Assembly (NCBI GenBank): GCA_013265495.1
Contig: MU058065.1
Location: forward strand, 2,519,003 to 2,583,002
Source of the DNA: Vicugna vicugna
Taxonomy: Eukaryota
DNA length: 64,000 bases
Reading direction: 5' to 3'
The notes beneath the pieces are model-generated. The model was not told the origin of the DNA. It made no database searches and worked only from the letters and a program-made list of their open reading frames with translations. The translations under genes were made by a program, and so were the position numbers. Numbering within the stretch: the stretch's first letter is position 1; each line of letters opens with the position of its first letter. Positions 26,733 through 38,504 of this stretch are shown here, piece after piece.

Positions 26733-27459
26733 TGTTTTAACCAGTTATGGTAAGATGTTAGACATGGAAAAGATTGTCATGAAGGAAGGCTTTTTCTCTT
26801 CCACTTTTGTTGAGCTATAATTGACCTATAGCAGTGTGTAAGCTTAAGATGTGCAGCAAATGATAGAGTCACATCTACCATGAAATTACTACCATAGTAA
26901 ATTTAGTTAGTATCCATCATCTCATATAGACACACAAAAAAAAAACAGAAAAATTTTTTCATAAGTATAAGAAGTTTACACTCACAGATTCCTAGAAACA
27001 TGAGACACCACATGCCATGCAGGGCCACACAGTGAAAAACTAGGGTCAGCCAGGATGCAGAGAAGGGGAAAAGGCAGAGCATGGCCCAGATCCTCTATTG
27101 GGGTTTTGATGGGAAGGGGTCAGGGAGGGCAGGATGTGTATTCTGAGTAAGTTTAGGGTTAAATAATTTGAACAATTTTGGTGGGCTTTGGATGGCAGGT
27201 CCCTGACTGTCCAGTTCCTGGTCATGGGTTGGTTTAATGCAGGATGAATACTGATTTGATGTGTGAGAGTTTGATAAGGGAGATGATGGGGGTGTAGGCT
27301 TTGGATTGGTTAGTTTTTATGTCAAAGGCATGCTTGCAAGGGGAATTACTTACTATGTCTAGGAACTAGCCATCCTTGAACGGGGCAGTGTCTCTAGGAC
27401 CAAGGCCTCAAATGTCAGAGCAACAAGAATACAGAAAATAAGAAAATATAGTCAATACA
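26733..27459 (-). mobile_element. ERVL solo LTR (MER74/MER73-like)
   Basis: Minus strand begins TGTATTGACTATATTTTCTTATTTTCTGTATTCTTG..GCT.TGACAT, which I recognise as the MER74-group 5' end; ends in CA. Confidence 0.65.
26790..26960 (-). mobile_element. LINE-1 3' UTR fragment nested in the LTR
   Basis: ttttgttgagctataattgacctata...gtgtaagcttaagatgtgcagca, a reverse L1 3' end. Confidence 0.75.
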
Positions 27460-29399
27460 AAAGGAAACTTGTTTCTTTGAGAATTTGCGAGAAGTGAACC
27501 TATTTTAACCTGGGATGTCAGGGATGGCTTCCGTTAGGAAATCATGAGTAAAGGGAAGTCTACACATTGAATGGAAGCTACTTAGAAGGGCTTAGGAGCC
27601 CTGCTCCATATTTAGGAAATGGCATGTGCAAAGGTCCTGTGTGACTGACGAACAGAAAGGTAAGACTACAGTGGAAGGAGGTGGAGCTTGGGAGATGAGC
27701 AGGCTCCACGGGAACTGGTGAATGGTGTTAGGATGTTAATTTGACAGGTGAGCAGTGTTAGGAATTGGGATGTTAATTTGAGAGCAGCGGCTAACCATTG
27801 AATGATTTTAAGTAGAGGATGGTCAAGAATCCACACCCTACCTGCTGGGTTGGCATCTCATTCTTGAGCTGGGTATGAGCAGAGCCGTCTTCTGTGTAAG
27901 TGGGTCCTGTTGCTCTGCCTCTAGGTACGGGGGTCACCACCAGTGCTGCCGCATTCCTGATGGGGATATCACTGACTTCCCCCTACCTCAGCCAGCAGAT
28001 GGACTTTCCTTAGATGAACAGCTGACGAACTATGCCTGTGTTCTCCCCTCTTGGCTGCCTTCGCCCCACAGCCTGAGCCAGTGCCTCAGTTCCCTTTCTA
28101 CAGCTCTGGTCTTCCCAGAAAACAGAGGGGACATTCTAGTGGGGTTATTTTAGTCAAATTTGCAAAATGTGAAGTGAGTTGATGAAAAGTGGTGCCTCTG
28201 TCAGGAAGCGCTCTCTCCTCCTGAGACAGCCCAGCTAATGAATGGGAGATTGGTATGCAGAAGAGCACGGGGATGAAATCAGGTTGGCTTTTCCCCATTA
28301 AAAATGCACAAATAACAAATCAGCAAGGGTTTAATGCAATTAGATGCAAAACCCAATTTGGAGCAATTAGGTGTAAGGCAAATCGCTCCGTGTGTCCAAT
28401 TGTGAAGTTGCAAGAGGATAAGTCCCACAGTGGTCTTGAGATTCATTTCTCATTCTTAAGAGTCCTGTGTTTAAAATACAGAAGGAACTTGATTTTCTGT
28501 AAGATACAGTATGATTCACTTGCCATCCCAACCTGATTTGTTTTAACTCTTCTCTGGGTACTTCTAGATTTTTTTGCTCTGGTTTAACCTTTGAAGAAAA
28601 AACACGTGAGGGTGAGAGTGGGAGGCATCCAGGCAGTGGAGAAGTGCACCTTGAAGAAGCCTGGGGGGCAGGAGAGGGAGTGACAGTCTCCCCTGAGCTG
28701 TAGCAGCTGCAGCTCCACCAGGGCTGATTGTGCCCCTTGGGCTGGGAGAACCTGGAAGAGTCTGGGAACTCGACTGCAAGCATCCTTCCAGAGCGCTCCT
28801 GCAAGTTGAAGTGTTGGGGAAGCTCAAATCCAAGTCATGCAGTGGAAGGAGCACAAGACTTGGAGACAGAAGACCCACGCTTGGATCTCCATTCTGCCAC
28901 ATTCCACCTCTGTGACTTTGGACAAAACAACAGCGATTTTCTTTCTCCTTATCTGCAGAATGAGAAGGGGTTGCCGAGGGTTCCTCCGCAGTGGAGAGCT
29001 GCCTTCGCTGGACATGGGAAGGGTCTCTTTAAGCTGATGTTGCCCCCGCCCTCAGCTCCATCTGGAAGTCTCTGTCCTCTTAGGCTACCTCAGAGTCTGA
29101 ACTTCCCTTAGTCAAAGACTCTGGCTGGAGGCGGCAACGTTCTCATTAAAATGCAAATTGATTCTCTACACAGCGGCCCAAGTTGTTTTCCTTGTGTTGG
29201 CGTTTATTTCCTTTCTCTCCTTAGAATGTGAGACAATAATGAAGGGCAAACCCTTTCAGTTGGCATCCCAAAGGTCTCTATCAAGACCTAAGACTTGCTC
29301 TGCAAAGTCCCTGTGCAGTTTGGGGGCGAGGTTAGGAGGCAGGCGGTGTGGGGGCGTGATTAGGGGGGCAAGTTGGCCTGAGGCCGTCTCTATTCCTCC

Positions 29400-29985
29400 T
29401 CTTGGTAAATGCCTGAGCTTGGGGGTGTTACTGGGTCTTTTGCCCCTTCAGGTTTCTTCTCTGTAAAGTAGGAATAATAAGGATACCTACCTCACAAGAT
29501 TACTCTAAGGATTAACTATTATAATTTATTTAAAACACTTTCTATGCCTGGAACAGGAAAACATTTAATAAATGTTAGCTTTTGTCCCTACAAACCAAAT
29601 TCCATTTTTTTTTCAACAGACCTGTTTTCTCCCCACTCTGTTTCTTGCTCATATTGGTATGAACTTTCTTTCTTTTCTCAAGTCCCTGTTCAAATGCCAT
29701 CATATACACGAAGCCTTTCTGGAACATTTGGGAGAATTAATAACTCCTACTCCTTCTTGGCTCTTTCCTTGTGACATTTTGAGAATGTATTTTATTCTGT
29801 TTTATCTAACAATGATTTATGCATGTGCCTCTGACACCCACCTCCCTGTACCCACCCTCACTCCCACCCACCAGGCTATGAGCTATAACAGGGCAGGGGA
29901 CACAGCTCATTCCTTCCTGAATAATTCAATCAGCTCAATAAACATTTGATGAATGAGCAAATGACTGAATGAATGTGTGAGTGGA
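29400..29985 (+). mobile_element. MIR fragment followed by LINE-2 3' end
   Basis: ggtttcttctctgtaaagtaggaataataa (MIR); gctcaataaacatttgatgaatga (L2 terminus). Confidence 0.7.
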
Positions 29986-31224
29986 AGCTTACTCGAATGA
30001 TGCTTTCTGTCATTACCACAGGTTGGTTTAGTCAGAGAGCAGAGCGCTAAGAAACTCAAGTTTTGATGTGGTTGATGCTCATGGGAGGCTAAGGTTTGCA
30101 GTGCAGTCAGGGAGGGACAGACCTGTGTGGGACCAAGGAAGGTGTAGGGCCCCCAAACTAGTACTACTTCCTTTTTTCTTAACTTAAAAAAATACGCTCT
30201 GTGACCTTGGTTTGTGTTGGTGGTGACAAGTAATTACAAGAGAGACGATGACAAACACAGCATGATGAAAATCTGACCCATCTTGCTGGATTTTGCACCT
30301 TTAGTTAAACCCCCCTAAATAATGGTGGCTTGAAGGAAGGAATTGCTTCTATCAAAGATTCATGGGATGTAGCCTCTGTAAGATCCCATTATACAAAACT
30401 GGGTCCCAGCCATCCTCAGTGAGATGTTCATTTGTTCAGTGGGGATTCCACTTATTTAAAAGATTATCACCAAATCTCTCAGGTTTAAATTCATTTCACT
30501 TCACCAATCACGTTTTTTGAATGGGATAACCTAGTGAAACCATGAGAGTGAAAACTGGAATCTCAGTACTGACAGGGGGTTGAGAGTCCCTGTAACTGCC
30601 CAGCCAGGTGCCCCAGGGCAGCAAACAGAAGGCAGTAGTAGAGGAAGCTTTTGGGGAGTCTTTAGAAAGCTTTTCCTTTCCCGTGGCTTCCGGGAAATGG
30701 CCATCAGTAACACCACCAATAGGATGCTCTTGACATCTTAGCCCTTTTGCTCTCTCTGTTCTTTTCACGCTCCATTCCAGTAGTTTTTGTCAGCTTCTCG
30801 GCATTTGCTTTAATCAGATTTGGCAGGCTCATCCCGAGTCTCCAGAAACTCAGCAGAAGGACTTCCTCCCTAGTTTCCTGACTTGAACTCACTGATTTCT
30901 CCAGGTTCTACTCACCACTGAATCCCCTCTTATAGAGCCTGCTCCTTTGGCTTCTTACTCGGACCCTCCCTCTTGTCCAGTTCCCTGATGTTCATGGTGG
31001 ATGTAGGATGATTTTTCTTGGCTCCAGTCTGGCCTTGTGCTGTTTGTGCTGAACAGTTACCTTCAAATGCCTCTATATCCCCAGATTCTGGAAACTGGGG
31101 CAAGCAGTGCTCAGCCCAGGGCACCAGGAATCCTTGTACCCCAATTCAACCCCCTGATTGCCCAGGAAATGGACTCAGTCTATTTCTTTTCATTTCTCTC
31201 TTAAGCAGAGGTTGGAGACCATAG

Positions 31225-31745
31225 AAAAAAATTAGTAAGGTCTCATAATGTACCAGGCACTTTATATTTATTACAGCTTTCCACTTAATCCTCCCAATGC
31301 CCTTGTAAGGATAGGAAATATTAAGTGGTATAGGCAGAAATCCAACCCAGGTAGTCTGACCAGAGGTCACTTATGTCTGTCCATGACACTCTCTGAGCCT
31401 CATTGTCCTCCTCAACAAAATGGTGGTGACATTAGTATGAATCATGTAATATTGTCGATTTTGATCTAAAAATGGCAATTTCAGAAAGTTCAACATATAA
31501 TACCCCTACCTTATAGGTTAGTTCTAAAGATACAGCAATTGTCAAATGTATGGCACATAGTAAACTTAATAAACATTGGCTATTCTCATTATACCAGACC
31601 CGTCCCTTTCCTGCTCTGTCTTTTTGTGTGTGTTTCTGTGGTCCACTCCTCCCTTTATCACAGCGATGGCAGTATCTCTAGCACTTGGCATATAGTAGGA
31701 ACTCAGCCAATACTCATTGAATTGAATTGGATTGGACTGAATTTG
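31225..31745. mobile_element. Cluster of MIR fragments and an L2 3' end
   Basis: ctctctgagcctcattgtcctc (MIR); tctagcacttggcatatagtaggaactcagccaatactcattgaattgaatt (L2). Confidence 0.65.
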
Positions 31746-32049
31746 TGAAGAAAAACAAAACAAAACTTGTGCTGTACTCTATGGAGTCCAGCGTGGACGT
31801 CATTTGTAACCAGTAACTGTATCTGTCATATTCTGAGCCACCCTTACTGGTGTATGGGACGTATGTTGTACTCGACCTTTTCTCATCCAAGAAGTCCTCA
31901 GCAGTGGTTAGCTCAGTGTCCTCGTGTGGCTACTTGTGGAAGCTAAGAGATCATAATGCCAAGGCTCGAAGACTAGGGTATTCTGATAACACAGAATATC
32001 TTGGCCTCTGGCAAGTCCCTTTCTTATTCTCGAAATGGACTCAGTCTTT

Positions 32050-32391
32050 TTTTTTTTTAAAACTTAAAAAAAATTTTATTTTTTATTAAATTGTGCTTGA
32101 TTCACAATGTTAGTTTCATGTGTACAGCAAAGTGACTCAGTTATACATATGTATACATACATGTATATTTTTCAGATTCTTTTCCATTATTGCTCATTAC
32201 AAGAAATTGAATATAGTTCCCTGTGCTATAAATCAGTTCCCGCTCTCTTTTTCTAGTATATATTTTTCAGTTCCCTCTTGTTTATCTATTTTACATACAG
32301 TAATGTGTATCTCTTAATCCCAAGCTCTTAAGCCAAACCTCCACCCTCATTTCCCCCCTCATGACCACAGCTTGTTTTCTGCATCTGTGAG
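32050..32391 (-). mobile_element. 5'-truncated LINE-1 3' UTR
   Basis: Reverse complement of the L1 3' UTR at 660-940, with poly-T head. Degraded 18-bp TSD gaaatggactcagtcttt / gaaatagacttattcttt (32032-32049, 32392-32409). Confidence 0.88.
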
Positions 32392-32861
32392 GAAATAGAC
32401 TTATTCTTTCACTGGGTTTATTACCTTTGGGATTGGGAGATACAGCTAATTCCTGGAACATGTAGTGTCTTCTGGAGGAGCACAAGTGTGGGGAAAGAGG
32501 CACTGGACCCAGAGATGAGGCTCCAGAATAGCCACAAGCCCTGTGGGTCACATGCACTACATCGCACCACCCTGCTCTTTAGACAATTGAAGGAAGCTCT
32601 GGGTAAAGATCCAGACTATCTGGAAGGTTAAGATGAAGCAGTGCTTTTACACCTCTCCTGGCAGGTTCCACACATCTTAGACAGCCAAGGTTAACATTTG
32701 CCTGCCGTCTGAAATCTTTTTCAGTCCTCCAATGGAGAACTAACTGTGGGCTCTCTCCATTCACTGCTTCTTGTGTACACATTTACCCCAGCCCATTACA
32801 TTTAGCTATGTGTAGATGTCTTTCCCACTAGACTCCATGTGGGCAGCCTCTGAATCTTATT

Positions 32862-33006
32862 TTTAATTTTTTAAAGTTTTTTTGTTTTGTGAGGGGTAGA
32901 TAATTAGGTTTATCTAATATCTATTTTAATGGAGGTACTGAGGATTGAACCCAGGACCTTGTACATGCTAGGCATGCGCTCTACCACTGAGCTATACCCT
33001 CCCACC
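32862..33006 (-). mobile_element. tRNA-derived SINE (Vic-1-like) inserted in an L2 3' end
   Basis: Minus strand gggtatagctcagtggtagagcgcatgcctagcatgtacaaggtcctgggttcaatcc. TSD tcttatt at 32855-32861 and 33007-33013. Confidence 0.92.
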
Positions 33007-33084
33007 TCTTATTCACGTTTTCTCCTTGGTATCTAATGCAGTGCTTGGCACCAAGAACATCTCCAATAAATGTTTATTAATAAT

Positions 33085-33295
33085 ACTAGTGCTATATTTA
33101 TTAAATGCTTATTGTTCTGGTTGAATTTGCACAAAACCCAGTGAGGGGCCTAATATTATGATTTCTATTTTATGGAGGAGGGAGCAGAGGCACAAAGAGA
33201 ATGTAGCCTGATCAGGCCTCCACAGTTGGTAGGTGGCCGAGGCAGAGTCCAAAGCCAGGCCAGTCTGACGCCAGAACGTGCCCATTAACTGCCTC
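33085..33295 (-). mobile_element. MIR SINE
   Basis: attttatggaggag..agcagaggcacaaaga...ccaggccagtctgacgccagaa. Confidence 0.65.
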
Positions 33296-33594
33296 TTCCT
33301 CTTTTTAATAGATGGTTGATTCTTGACTTTTGGCTAAAAGGAAGAGTAATGAAGCATAGTTCAGAAGAAAGAAATTCACCGATGTAGGAGAAAAACAGGA
33401 TTTTTCTCTCCTTGGCTTTTGATCGCTGCTGTTAAAAAGGCCCCCCAGGCCTCCTCTAGCCGATGGGCACTGGTGAGACAAACAGGCAATTTAGAGCTTT
33501 CAGAGCGGGGGTCAGGAAAGAAAAGCCCAAGAGGGACTCCGGAGAGTCTCATTTGCTCAGAACACTCTAACTGGCTCAGCAACCAAGATGGCTG

Positions 33595-34150
33595 GGAGCC
33601 TTCGCGATGACAGCCGTTTCGAAACTCGCGTTAGCCCCATCCCCGGTCCCTGTGCGTCGGCAGCATCGCCGGCAGGAAAAGAGACCAAAGTGTCGCGACA
33701 TTTCAGCCCTGATCCCGCGTCTCGTTAGGGCAGAGCCGGGGGATGGATGTAATGCACGGCCGCGCCTCTGTGAATGCGTAATGTGAAACCCGCTCCCCCC
33801 GTACCCCTTCGCGCTGGGCTGAGCGGAGATGCGGTGATTAAGCCGCGGAGATGCGGTGATGATTAAGCCGCGGACCTGGCCTCGGGCTGGGGCGGCGGCG
33901 CCGCGGGCCTGAAAAGGCGTGCTGGCTTCCATTCGCATCTGCTGCCGATCCCCTCGCGCCTCTCAGCCCCAGCGAACCATGACTCACGTCTTCTTCCCTG
34001 TAGCTGTGTGTGTGTGGACTTTAAATTCGTCCGTCTGACGCCACGCCGGGCTGAAGTCAAGGCAGCCTGTGCCAGAAGCTGTCTCCCCCAAGGAACTCCA
34101 CCTCCGCCGGCTGGAGAGCGGAACTGGCTTCCAGCAGTTACGCAAACACT
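33595..34150. promoter_or_regulatory. CpG island about 10 kb upstream of the SCG2 TSS
   Basis: Abrupt high GC and dense CpG (e.g. ggcggcggcgccgcggg) in an otherwise CpG-depleted window. Not recognisable as a repeat. Confidence 0.8.
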
Positions 34151-35396
34151 TGCGTTTCTTCTCTTCATTCTAATTGAGGCGAGGTTGCAAATGACTTCTC
34201 TTGGAGCAGCCTCCAAAAAAAAAAAAAAAATCAATTCTAATCACATTGGTATAAAGGAAACGATCCTTTTGCTTGGTTACCGTTTTAAAATTCAGGTATC
34301 GCAAGCCCGGTTTCAGTGAATTCCCAGGGATGGAAGGTGAATAATTATCAGGCAGTGCACCTACAGAATACCTCAAATTTTCGAGAGCATTTCGATGACT
34401 ATCATATAGTCGGATCCTTGCAGCGACACTCTGAGACCCTGAGCCTAGGTAATAGTACCCTCATTTGACTAATGAAGAAACCAAGGCACAGGGAGGTTGA
34501 GTGATTTGCCCGAAGCCACACAGCTAGACAGAAGCCCAGCTTTCTATCTCTGCCATACATAAATGCTGCCTGTCGAATTTGTTCTAAGTTTTACTGTGAA
34601 GCTGAAACATTTTTTAAATTAAAAAATTTTTTTTGGTCATTAAATATAGCATTATTGGAGGCGGGAAAAAGGGGAGGAGGGTGACGTGACTATACCAACA
34701 ATAGTTCTGCACCCCAAACTAAGGATTAAGCCTCACTCAGGGTTAAACTACAGTGAAATACAAAATTTCCAAAAAATTTGACATTTGAAGAATTATTTTT
34801 ATTATCTTTAAGCATTATCAGGATTATGATTACCTTAGTATTTTTTCTATATTAAGTCTTGTTAAGACTAAATATAAGGAGGTTTGCATCACCACTTCAA
34901 CTGGAAAAATTTATCACCTACATAAATAGGAGGCAACCCAGACCATACATTCAATAAAAATATAAAGCTCTTAATAAATGTCTGCTTTGATCATGCAACC
35001 TACAGAAAGTTCTGAGCCTAAGGCCCCCAAAGAAAGATTTTTCAAGTGTTAGAAAAGTGTTAACGAATGACTAGACCCCAACTGAAATTTTCTTCTTTAT
35101 ATAACCAGGAGGATTGTGCAAGGCATACATTTCAGATTATGAAATTCAGGATTCCCTGATGCTATGTCTATACTTGGCATAAAATTACTCCCAATAGTGC
35201 TGTAGATATGCTTTCCATACTTTGGGAAACACAGATGCATCTGATTGGCTCCTTGGAGAACAGGAGTCCCAGGAAAAATAAGAACAAGATCCTCATTGCC
35301 AACTCATCTCATCATTCTTCTCTAGGTAAGGCTATGACTGCAAGACTATGAACATTCAAGTTATAATAATATTCCATATCAGTTGATTTCAATATT

Positions 35397-35750
35397 TGTA
35401 TCAGTCAGGACAGGTTAGATTATATGTAGTAACAAACAACACCCCCCAAAACCAATAAAACAACTTTATTTCTTGCCCACACTACATGCCCATGAAAGGT
35501 CTGGAATGCAATTCTAGACATTACTGGCCATCCCTCGGGGGTCAGGCTATGTGAGCAGCACCATCTCAAACCTTGCCTGCTGCTATGGTGAGGGAAAGTG
35601 AACTCTGTAATTTGTCCACTCTAAGCTCATAACTACAACTTTCACAGGGTGCCATCAAATCATTAAAATCCAAGAAGTGTAATTCTATCATATTCCCAGG
35701 AGAGAGAAGAATCAGAAATATTTAGTGAATAGCACTAAGAGCTATAACAA
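35397..35750. mobile_element. Old MaLR LTR relic (MLT1J/K-like)
   Basis: tgtatcagtcaggacaggttagattat..gtagtaacaaacaac; similar relic at about 4245-4590. Confidence 0.6.
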
Positions 35751-38292
35751 AAATTTAAGGTCACATATTCATTTGAGCATCTGTATGCAGCTCTAGAGCT
35801 GCCTGATAAAAAACAATATAGAAATAAGTATTTGAATTCCATTTTGTAGACTTCAGTGGACCTCAAGTTAAAAATCTATGCTCTAATAAGTTGGGTAATT
35901 TCATACAGGGAGTGGGGATTAATCAAGGAAAGTTTCACTGAGAAGATGAATTGACTAAAAAAAAATTTTTTTAAGACTCAAAATGGTAGAGAAGAGGGAG
36001 AGACCATATTCTGAGTAAGGAAAGTGATGTGGATGAAAATGAGCCTTTAGAGATTAAGTATATCTTCTATTAGAGAGATTTAAATAACTGAAACAGAAAA
36101 TCCAGGGAGGTGGGACTGGAGAGATTTGGAAGAGCATTAAGAAAAAAAAAATCAGCAAAAGGCCTCAAACTATGAAGAGTTAACCTAATTGGTATCAGTA
36201 GAGGAGGGGACACTCATAATGGAAAAGTGTTAAAGGTAATTTGCTACTATATTCTTAAGGATTGAGCCTCATGGTTTGTACTTAATCGGTAATTAATACA
36301 AATTGTTTGATTTTTTTTTGTCAAACACCATAGTCATTCAGTCAACAGTATTTCCTGAGTCCTAGGTCAGATTAGTAGTAGAAATAATTTCCCTTAAGTA
36401 CCTAGTTTCCTGGAGGAAAAGGACACATAAGGAAAGAGATTAGAGATAAACACTAGACATGCCGGGGAGAGATTCTTAGAAAAACCAAACATAAGGGAAT
36501 GTGAAGAGGCTGTGCAAATGGATGGCTGAATAAGAAAGGAGCAACTGGGAAGACTTAGCAAAGGTTGAGAAAGGAGAAGGGCAAGGGAGTGGAGAGGGAG
36601 AAAGTGCAGGAAAGAGCTGTGGAGATAATGATTCCATGGTTGAAACCGAGGGTCAGAGGTTATAACTGATCATGTGAGGCCATTGAGAAGGAGGTAAGAG
36701 ATTGGGAGGGAATGTGGTGGTCTTGATATATCCAGTTTACTTGTAGACATTATTTTTAAGGTTGATTTGGATGACTTTCAGGTATAGGGTAAGAGAAGGA
36801 AAACAAGATCCTTGGCTTCATGTCTTCAAAAAGATTACAGTCAACTAGGAATTTAGAATCTCCCAAATGAATGCTGAATTACAACTGTAATAAGTATTAA
36901 ACAGAAGAGATATGTGGTCCATGAGAGAATATTTTGGAGAGAATTTGCTGTATCAGGAAAGGCAGAGAAGGTTCTCCTGAGGAAATGGTGATTGAGTTTC
37001 CTTTGAAATAAGAGGTTGAGTAGGAAAAGCAGGAACTGTGGGGTGAGGAGACTTTCTAGACAGATGGACTGGGATGAAGGGTGTCCATTCTGAGTTAGAT
37101 TCCATTTGACAGTCTTAAATTGAATTAAGCCAAAGAGTGTGCTTTGGGGATGGGGTCCAGAACAGTGACTCATGAAGACAATTTAATAGAACTCTTTCAC
37201 TTGGGGAACAAGACTGGGTGGGGAGGTGTGATTCTGACCACAGGGAACAGGACTGGGACTAGCTCCATGTAGCCCTGGAATTCAGGACTAGGATCCATGG
37301 TGAAACCCACAGTGGGCCATACTTCTGTCCAATACAAAGGGGACCCCCTCACATTTGAGAATGACTTGTCCAAAGATGCAACAGGTGACATTAGAAGGTA
37401 ATGAGTTGCTCTTCACTGGAGGTATTTAAGTATATGCTGGAAGGCTATTTGTCAGGAATGTGATAGAGTAGATGAAAGCAATAGACTAGGTTAGACTAGA
37501 TGGCATTTTATATACCTTCCCAATCATAACAATCTATGAGCTAGTTTGTACTCTAAGAAACCCATCTGTATTTAAGCAAGAATCAACTTAAAATCTTTAT
37601 AAGTTGAGCAAGAGATGTTCTTTACAAACATGAATAGCACCTCCAAATGGGAATTACTAATGGGCTAGCAAGCATCTAGGAAATTTGTAGGAAAAGATCA
37701 TATTTAAGTTTGGTTTTATGCTTTGTGAACAGTTCTGGTATAAGAAAAATACAGAGATGTAAGAAAAGGAAAAATTAGTTTTAAAATTAGTTTTAAAAGT
37801 GTTGAATTATGTCATCTAAGAAAGGCATGAAATGCTTTATCTTTTGATGCATGATCTAAGTAGTCAAATTTTAATATCTATCTGTATACTATTGTGATAT
37901 ATTGAAATGGCCCTGGAGTCACTTCTCTCTGTTCTGAGCCCTATAGGCAGCAACATGGGAGCTGTATCATGTCCCCATATGTTTGAAGCTACTGAGGCAA
38001 CTTCTCCAAATACTCATAAAGAACCCGTGGTACAGATGTGTTTTATTCTGCTAATGTCTGCTTGTTTGGATCTCTAAGCACTTCAGAATTGTGAAGAAAG
38101 CTTCAAAGGGGCTGAAGAAAGAGAAACTGTCAATTTGTCATCAATGTCTCTAATGCTTTTGACTTCATTTTCCACCTTCCTTCCCCCATTGTCAGGATTC
38201 TTAGTCTATTCTAGTCTTTGTTCTGCCCTTTGAGGATTCTCAGGATCCAGCCTACAGCCCTTCTCTTAGGCTTGCTTTCTTACGCTGTAATG

Positions 38293-38504
38293 CTGTGGTT
38301 ATCAAGCCTTAACATCGATTAGAATCACCTGGAGGAGTTGTTAGTCATTACTCCCCTACCCCTGCACCACCGCCCTGCTAGGACCCATGACCAGAGTCTC
38401 TGATTCAGTAGATCTGGGTGGGGTCTGAGAATGTGCATTGCTCAGAAGTTCCCAGGTGATGATGATATTACTGATCTGGGAATCACACTTTGAGAATCAC
38501 ACTG
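38293..38504. mobile_element. MER5A-like hAT-Charlie DNA transposon relic
   Basis: attagaatcacctggagg...tctgattcagtagatctgggtgggg..tgagaat.tgcatt...aagttcccaggtgatg...cacactttgagaa. Confidence 0.88.

Noticed and set aside
32930..33002. tRNA-like sequences here and at about 23950-24020 and 17345-17410
   Set aside because: They are SINE heads with AT-rich tails and TSDs, with imperfect acceptor stems, not tRNA genes.
33576..34319. ORFs of 103-123 aa over the CpG island
   Set aside because: Expected from stop-codon scarcity in GC-rich DNA. Low-complexity A/R/G content, no recognisable domain, and two run through a poly-A tract.
12419..37798. Isolated 12-19 bp tandem duplications (12419-12447, about 18995-19016, 20800-20835, about 37771-37798)
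   Set aside because: Ordinary slippage-type duplications in repeat or intergenic DNA with no suggestive context.
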